From contig OX597837.1 in the NCBI GenBank assembly GCA_951406725.2, forward strand, positions 3,534,001 through 3,598,000: a DNA stretch of 64,000 nt, read 5' to 3'. Source of the stretch: Octopus vulgaris. Lineage: Eukaryota. How positions within the stretch are numbered: the first letter of the stretch is position 1; each line of letters starts with the position of its first letter. The translations under genes were made by a program, and so were the position numbers. Below are positions 56,135 to 64,000 of this stretch, piece by piece. The notes under the pieces were generated by a model. That model was not told the DNA's origin, ran no database searches, and saw only the letters and a list, made by a program, of their open reading frames with translations.

Positions 56135-56550
56135 GGATCTTTTCGGTTTGAACGGCAGTTTTTAACATAATTTCTAGGTAACTGAAAAATTTGAAACTTC
56201 GTATACTGGTAGAATGTGTTTATAAAACATCTTTTTCTCTTGGCTTTATTGAGAAAAGTCTATTGTTTGTAAGATATTTGTTTTTTTTTTTTTCACTTTC
56301 TGCAATTTCAACCAATCACTGACGTCCATTCAGGTAAAAAACATTCTGTGCCGTATGAATATGTCCCTCGTTTAAGAAACAGATTGGGTTTATTAACATT
56401 TGTGAAGAAAAAATGATACCCTTCCCCCCACCCCTAACCCTAACCCTAAAACAGATTGAAATGCAATAGATCGATACTAGGGTCATAATTATGGGTGATA
56501 ATTTCATATGACACCGCTAGAAAAAACTGCCGTTCAAACCGAAAAGATCC
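56135..56550. mobile_element. MITE with 29-bp TIRs and a 9-bp TSD (Merlin- or MULE-like)
   Basis: GGATCTTTTCGGTTTGAACGGCAGTTTTT / AAAAACTGCCGTTCAAACCGAAAAGATCC; flanks GCAAGTTGA / GCAAGCTGA; internal (CCCTAA)3. Confidence 0.85.
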
Positions 56551-57621
56551 GCAAGCTGATTATATTGACACCAGTGATTCAGTCAGAAAAATTTTGATAA
56601 TTTTATGTCGCAATATTACACAGCGATGGTGCCCCAGCATGACCGCGGCCTTCGGGCTAAAACATTTTAAAGGATTTAAGTGGCTGTGTGAGCTAAGAAA
56701 TCCTCGTCGCCACTGTTATATCGCATGTTCGGATGCCGTCTACTCAACTCCACTCTACTCTCACTCTCTGACGACGTCTAGACTTCTTCCTCTATAACAA
56801 CGTATTGGGCGAGCCTACTTCATCGTCTGGGGGCGTCCTCGCAAGAGATAAACAGCGATCTAAAAATTTTGTTGCTTTCAATCGGAAAACTTTAGGTAAA
56901 CAAAAACCGGATTTCTGACAAATTGTGAAATGACGAGAGCAAAAATCTGGTTAATAAAATTACATGTAACAGAAATATTGAGTGTTAACGTTGCCGCAAA
57001 TCTGCCCGGTCATATTTGTTCTACAGTGTATTAAAAGACTGGATTTACAGATTAGACAGACAGAGAAGAGATTAGTGACTTGAACAGAGAAGCGTAATGA
57101 CAAGCAAATTCTTGCATTCGGCAATCTCCACGACAGTCAAAATACTGAACTGTTGAAAAAAAAACAAAAACTGTCAACATATTCACCACTTTCACAGGAA
57201 AATTCTTGCTTCAAATAAACTATTACTGCGAGCAGAAAATTCCGATGTTAGTTTCTTATCATTTTTCTTTCGACCGTCACCTCAAATACAAGCGTCAAAC
57301 AATAAGCGACAACCCTCTCATTCATCAATCCTTCTCGTACAGCTCATTGTTAATATAATAAGACACCCATACAGTCACAGTCTTTTCGTTTTATTGTTAA
57401 TTAGTGAAAAAAAAAATGCAAATAAAATACGTTTATTGTGATAACTGCGTAATCCAGTCGACAAAGAAAATAGAAAATAAATTTTAGTTACAAGCCGTAT
57501 AAGTAGCTGATAAAAAAAATCTACTACTCTCGTATGTCTGTATTGAAAACGTCTTCAACAAAGCAGACGATAATGTCGTTCAATGGTAAGTCTGTTTAAA
57601 TTGAACACAATACCGTAATGT

Positions 57622-58009
57622 GATGGAAGCACTCCGTCGGTTACGACGATGAAGGTTCCGGTCGATCCGAATCAACGGAACAGCCTGCTCGTGAAATTAA
57701 CGTGTAAGTGGCTGAGCACTCCACAGACATGTGCACCCTTAACGTAGTTCTCGGGGATATTCAGCGTGACACAGAGAGTGACAAGGCCGGCCCTTTGAAA
57801 TACAGGTACAACAGAAACAGGAAGTAAGAGTGAGAGAAAGTTGTGGTGAAAGAGTACAGCAGGGATCACCACCATCCCCTGCCGGAGCCCCGTGGAGCTT
57901 TTAGGTGTTTTCGCTCAATAAACACTCACAACGCCCGGCCTGGGAATCGAAACCGCGATCCTATGACCGCGAGTCTGCTGCCCTAACCACTGGGCCATTG
58001 CGCCTCCAC
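57622..58009 (-). mobile_element. SINE group C with tail iii and a 10-bp TSD
   Basis: ACCGTAATGT at 57612-57621 and 58010-58019. Confidence 0.9.
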
Positions 58010-58258
58010 ACCGTAATGTACAGAAACAGACGACACCAAGGCTGTTATTGTTAGCCCATCAGATGTCAGACATCAAAACGATGAATAGTTAAATTAGCAA
58101 CGAAGCCTGTATAAATAGAATCACAGCATAACATTAAAAATAATAACTTTAATTACAGTGTCAGAATTAACTTGTAGATTCATTATAATGGGTTTTTGTG
58201 ATTATGTATGTGAAACACACACAGACACACACACACACACACAGACACACACACACAG

Positions 58259-58302
<44 letters not shown>

Positions 58303-58309
58303 GTTGAAT

Positions 58310-58506
58310 CGCTAGCTTCTGCACGCATTTTTTTCTCTCCTTGTTTCTCTCCGTGTTTCTTTTCTGTGTATCTTTCTGTTGAAGAGCGTAGGCTCGAAAC
58401 GTAAAAGACTTGTTTTATTTATATTCCTGAGCGCCATACTAATACAATTGTTTGTTTGTACTCCACCTGCCTTCGTCTTTTGTTTATTTTCATAAAGCTT
58501 CCCGTT
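58310..58506 (+). mobile_element. Penelope-like fragment (18495 family) with a variant HHR at 58371-58408
   Basis: tcttt CTGTTGA A gagc-gtag-gctc GAAA cg TA aaaga. Confidence 0.65.
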
Positions 58507-58757
58507 ATATATATAGATATATACACATATATATTTATATAGTACGTATATCACTGGACGACTGAGAAAGCGTAAAAGTTACTACAGCTGTTTCGATAAC
58601 ATTTTATTAATTCATTCATAGATAGTATCATAGCATAGATCCACCGTTCTCAAGTGGAATTTTATCTTACTGTTAACTCAATATTATGATACTTAGCCAG
58701 TCCTTGTGTTCTACACGTTGATACCTCTAACTAATCAACACATATATAAACAAATAA

Positions 58758-58795
<38 letters not shown>

Positions 58796-58796
58796 G

Positions 58797-58849
<53 letters not shown>

Positions 58850-58971
58850 TTATATATATATATGTACATAGTATAAATTTATCTATTTATCTATCCATCT
58901 ATATACCTCTGCATATACATGCATATACATACGTACATATATACATGTATACATATATATATATATATATA

Positions 58972-59034
58972 TAAACTTAGATAAACTGGACCAAAGAATG
59001 ATCCAGGCCATGTTTAACTTAATAGCACCACCTG

Positions 59035-59036
<2 letters not shown>
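58972..59036 (-). mobile_element. Extremely 5'-truncated copy of the CR1-like LINE
   Basis: reverse complement ATCAGGTGGTGCTATTAAGTTA...TTTATCTAAGTTT matches 13971-14046; inside (TA)n. Confidence 0.8.
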
Positions 59037-59124
<88 letters not shown>

Positions 59125-59298
59125 ATATAAATTTATATCTATACACGCACATACGCATATATATATATATACACATACACACGCATATATATATTTACAC
59201 ATGCATACACACATCTGAGGCGTCCAATCTCATCAGACTGTTGATATAAAATCAATAAACCAAACATACTCGAACACTATGACGTTGGTAGGCATCAA

Positions 59299-59371
<73 letters not shown>

Positions 59372-59419
59372 GTCTATCTATCTATCTAAATAGGTAGATT
59401 GATGGTTAGATAGATAGAC

Positions 59420-59508
<89 letters not shown>

Positions 59509-59696
59509 TAGATAGATATTCATGTTACAACATATCAAGCAGGAACTGATTTGAAACACTCGGTTCCCCTGCGTCCGTTCAATAAGAATAACATGAATAA
59601 TAAAAAATGTTATGCATTAATATATTATTGTACATATATGGATTTTCCTAAGTAATATAATGTAATCTAAATTATATTTTATAAAACACAAACATG

Positions 59697-59749
<53 letters not shown>

Positions 59750-59786
59750 GTAAGCACAGATGACTTACATGTCTGTATATGCCTAT

Positions 59787-59835
<49 letters not shown>

Positions 59836-60011
59836 ATAAGCATATATACATTAGCATATATATGCAATCGCTGATATAGAAACATACCGATAGAGAGAGA
59901 GAGAGAGAAAGAGAGGGGGGAGAGAGTCATAACCACATACCATATATGCATATGTATACATAAATGTATGTAATTATTTATAAGATGTTTACAAACATAC
60001 ATGTTTCGGTA

Positions 60012-60094
<83 letters not shown>

Positions 60095-60714
60095 GTGTGC
60101 GTGTGTGTGTGTATGTATAATATTTGCATATGTGTATGTGTATATAATAATCCATATAATAGAAACTCTTGAACACTTCACAGACACATTTGTATATATA
60201 TAGACATGTATACGCACGCACACATACCTTCATACACTCACAAACACATAAATGCCTATATATATATATAGACATACACACGTCAACGTACACATATAGC
60301 AACATAAGCACACCAATACACAGTTATATATAATGATAACCGCACAGAAACCAACACACTAATACACAAACACACATTCAAACACACAGACACACACAAT
60401 TATATATATATATACATTCTCAAATTTACTTACGTAACATTTATCTATGCAATAAAGCTTTCGAATGGCTTTTTTATGATCTGGGTGTCTCTAAGTTTTG
60501 ATTAGATTCATTGCTGACAATTTATTAGCAAGTTTTACTCGACTCCAACGGCAGGAGCCGAAGCAGACTGGCAGCAAATTACTTTAACTACCAATGGCAA
60601 CGAATCATGTCACACGTCCACCGTGTATTCTTTTTCTTTTCTCACTATACCATCATAGAAAATAATGTGATATCATGTTGGTGTGTGTATGTGTGTGCCT
60701 GTGTATGCATACAT

Positions 60715-60765
<51 letters not shown>

Positions 60766-60779
60766 TTTATATACGCACA

Positions 60780-60830
<51 letters not shown>

Positions 60831-61419
60831 GTACATATATTTAATACACATGCATATATACGCACACACATATATGTGAGGAAAATAGGGATAAAAACAT
60901 CCAATCTTTCACTGTTCTCACTGTTAAAAACCCAATTTTGTAGAGAAAATCGTTACAAATCACCTGGGTATATATTAAATTTATAAAAATGAAAAAAATG
61001 GACATCTTCAGTTGTAAATTCAAAACCTAAAACTTATTAACATAATATATATTATAGTCTTATAACAGTATAATATAACAATATAATATAATATAATATA
61101 TTATCACGGTCACGTCATAATATAATATAATATAATATAATATAATATAATATAATATGATATAATATAATAAATAATAAATATTAAATACAAATTACGT
61201 ACAATTATTTCGATTCTTACCCATAATAAAATCAGGAAAATTGTGGGTAAGAATCTCCTCAGGGTAAGTTTTGTTATATGAGGATTTATAGATCGAAGGG
61301 TAGACTGAATTTATGGAATTTGTATTTAATATTCGTTATTATATTATTATAAGAATATAATATAATATAATACTCTTTTTACTCTTTTAATTTGTTTCAT
61401 TCATTTGATTGCGGCCAGG

Positions 61420-61578
61420 CATTTGAGCCTTGTGTGACTGATGGTGCAGAGTCTTGTTCAAAGACAAGGCCTTTCATTGCATACACTGTTGATCCAAGGC
61501 TTAACAACTTTGTCCAAAACGTGAATATATGCATCAAGATTCACCCTAAGGCCTTGTGGAAAAAGGTGAGGAGCCATC
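61420..61578 (-). pseudogene. maT/DD37D-like transposase internal fragment
   Basis: MAPHLFPQGLRVNLDAYIHVLDKVVKPWINSVCNERP, leading into a degenerate QQDSAPSH region. Confidence 0.7.
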
Positions 61579-61703
61579 ACGAAGAGCTTCGCTCGAAACG
61601 TTAAAACCTCCTTCTTTCTTTCTTTCCTTGAGCGTCCAATAACACTATACCTGTTCAACGTCCTCACGTTGTTGTGTTTTCTCTTTGTCCATGTTTGGAT
61701 TAA

Positions 61704-61785
<82 letters not shown>

Positions 61786-61789
61786 ACAC

Positions 61790-61837
<48 letters not shown>

Positions 61838-61840
<3 letters not shown>

Positions 61841-62120
61841 CGCAATGGCCCGGTGGTTAGGATCGCGGTTTCGATTCCCAGGCCGGGCGTTGTGAGTGTT
61901 TATTGAGCGAACACACCTAAAAAGCTCCACGAGGCTCCGGCAGGGGGTGGTGATCCCTGCTATACTCTTTCACCACTCTTTTCCCACTCTTTCTTCTGTT
62001 GGCCTGCTCGCTTAGCCAGCGCGGTGGCGTCATTCGAAGGCTAAAACAATGCGAACGCATTGTGACCAGCGATGTGTAACGACATCTGATGGTCTGGTCG
62101 GTCACGTGATCACGTGAGAT
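61838..62120 (+). mobile_element. SINE group C, tail i
   Basis: head with a deletion; tail GGTCGGTCACGTGATCACGTGA; inside (TA)n. Confidence 0.88.
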
Positions 62121-62179
62121 ATATATATATATATATATATGATGTAACACACACAACACACGCACATATATCCTATATA

Positions 62180-62508
62180 TAGGCGATACTCTGCCAGTTA
62201 CAACGATATGTATTCCAGTTGCCCTGGTCAATGAAAATCCTATTCGTGACATTAATGTGCAAGTGGCTGAGTCCTCCCAGAACACGCGTACCCTTAACGT
62301 AGTTCTCTGGGTAATTCGGCATTACATAAAATGTGGCCAGAGTGGTGTTCAGAATTACGGGTAAAACCCATTTTTTGCCATCAGAGTGCATTGGAGCAAC
62401 GCGAAATAACGTGTCTTACTCAAGGACAACACACGCAACCGAGAATGGAACTCACAACCTTACGATGGTGAGACGAATGTCCATACCATTCAGCCATGTG
62501 CCTTCACT
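62180..62508 (-). mobile_element. Old SINE with a D head and tail iii
   Basis: D-type head/body plus GAGAACTACGTTAAGGGT..CTCAGCCACTTGCAC, shared with 57622-58009. Confidence 0.7.
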
Positions 62509-62521
62509 TTATATACATAAT

Positions 62522-62736
62522 ACTCTCTTTTACTCTTTTACTTGTTTCAGTCATTTGACTGCGGCCATGCTGGAGCACCGCCTTTAGTCGAGCAATTCGA
62601 CCCCGGGACTTACTCTTTTTGTAAGCCCAGTACTTCTTCTATCGGTCTCTTTTTGCCGAACCGCTAAGTGACGGGGACGTAAACACACCAGCATCGGTTG
62701 TCAAGCAATGCTAGGGTAACAAAGACAGACACACAA

Positions 62737-62777
<41 letters not shown>

Positions 62778-62941
62778 CGACAGGCTTCTTTCAGTTTCCG
62801 TCTACCAAATCCACCCACAAGGCATTGGTAGGCCCGAGGCTATAGCAGAAGACACTTGCCCAAGATGCCACGCAGTGGGACTGAACCCGGAACCATGTGG
62901 TTGGTTAGCAAGCTACTTACCACACAGCCACTCCTGCGCCT
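62522..62941 (-). mobile_element. SINE group A
   Basis: full-length reverse-complement match. Confidence 0.92.
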
Positions 62942-63216
62942 ATAATGCAACATAATACTACAGATTGGTGTTGCCTATGCATACAGTTACACAAAGCAAC
63001 CATGTGGTGCTTCCCACATACAGTCACATGTAGTGAGCCATGTGAAAGCTGAAATGTTATAACAAACTCGTAGTCTGGCACCTTATCGATACGATTATCA
63101 GTCACATGGCATCTTTTCTTTCCCATTCTCTCTTTCCCATATTTCTGTTTGTTTTATTTTCTTTCTTGTAAACGAAACGTTAGGCTTATCCTCATCTCTC
63201 TGTGTCTGTCTGCCTC

Positions 63217-63281
<65 letters not shown>

Positions 63282-63381
63282 ATGTATGTATGTATGTATG
63301 TATGTATGTATGTATGTATGTATGTCTGCCTGCCTATCTGTCTACTTACCTACCTACCTACCTAACTACCTACCTTCCTGC

Positions 63382-63448
<67 letters not shown>

Positions 63449-63483
63449 CCTACCTACCTATATGTATGTCTCTCTCTCTCCCC

Positions 63484-63556
<73 letters not shown>

Positions 63557-63576
63557 CCTATCTACCTATATGTAAG

Positions 63577-63675
<99 letters not shown>

Positions 63676-63885
63676 GTTTCACTTCTTTCTCTCGTTCTGT
63701 TTCTATACATACATATATACATGCATATATACATACATATATGTAGGTACATAGATAGACGCATACACACTCCTTTATATGGTAGAGTTTAGAATATTCT
63801 GATGCTACTCAGAGCACAATCTAAAATACTACCATACAAGTAAATCTAGTAGCATGGAATAATCTCGATACCGACAACACAACAC

Positions 63886-63925
<40 letters not shown>

Positions 63926-64000
63926 GGTGGGTGGGGGGTACATGCGTGTGTGTGGGGGTGTACGTGCGTGTGTGTGTGTATGTATATGTCCACTTTTCCT

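Noticed and set aside
57030-57150. Minus-strand acceptor-like site followed by a Cys-containing frame (QYFDCRGDCRMQEFACHY)
   Set aside because: Short, with no recognisable domain or donor site; insufficient support
59215-59250. CTGATGA on the minus strand as a possible HHR
   Set aside because: No GAAA, stem III or stem I partner follows

Overview
AT-rich, repeat-saturated eukaryotic DNA, probably intronic or intergenic. The repeat content suggests a coleoid cephalopod such as Octopus (inference). No intact protein-coding gene is visible, and almost all listed ORFs are translations of (TA)n/(TG)n/(TATC)n/(CAA)n microsatellites or SINEs. Contents: (1) four tRNA-headed SINE groups (labelled A-D here) with swapped body and tail modules; (2) 3' remnants of Tx1/L1-like, RTE and CR1-like LINEs, two of which share their 3' ends with SINEs in this window; (3) decayed mariner, maT/DD37D-like, Tc1-like and Helitron2/Helentron fragments plus MITEs; (4) a Penelope-like RT fragment; (5) about a dozen short non-coding elements, mostly inside (TA)n tracts, carrying type I hammerhead ribozyme (HHR) motifs, several as fold-back structures. 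The most interesting item is a 351-nt terminally redundant HHR unit at 9458-9877, which looks like a cDNA copy of a circular retrozyme RNA. All alignments and folds were done by eye, and element boundaries are approximate unless a TSD or TIR is given.
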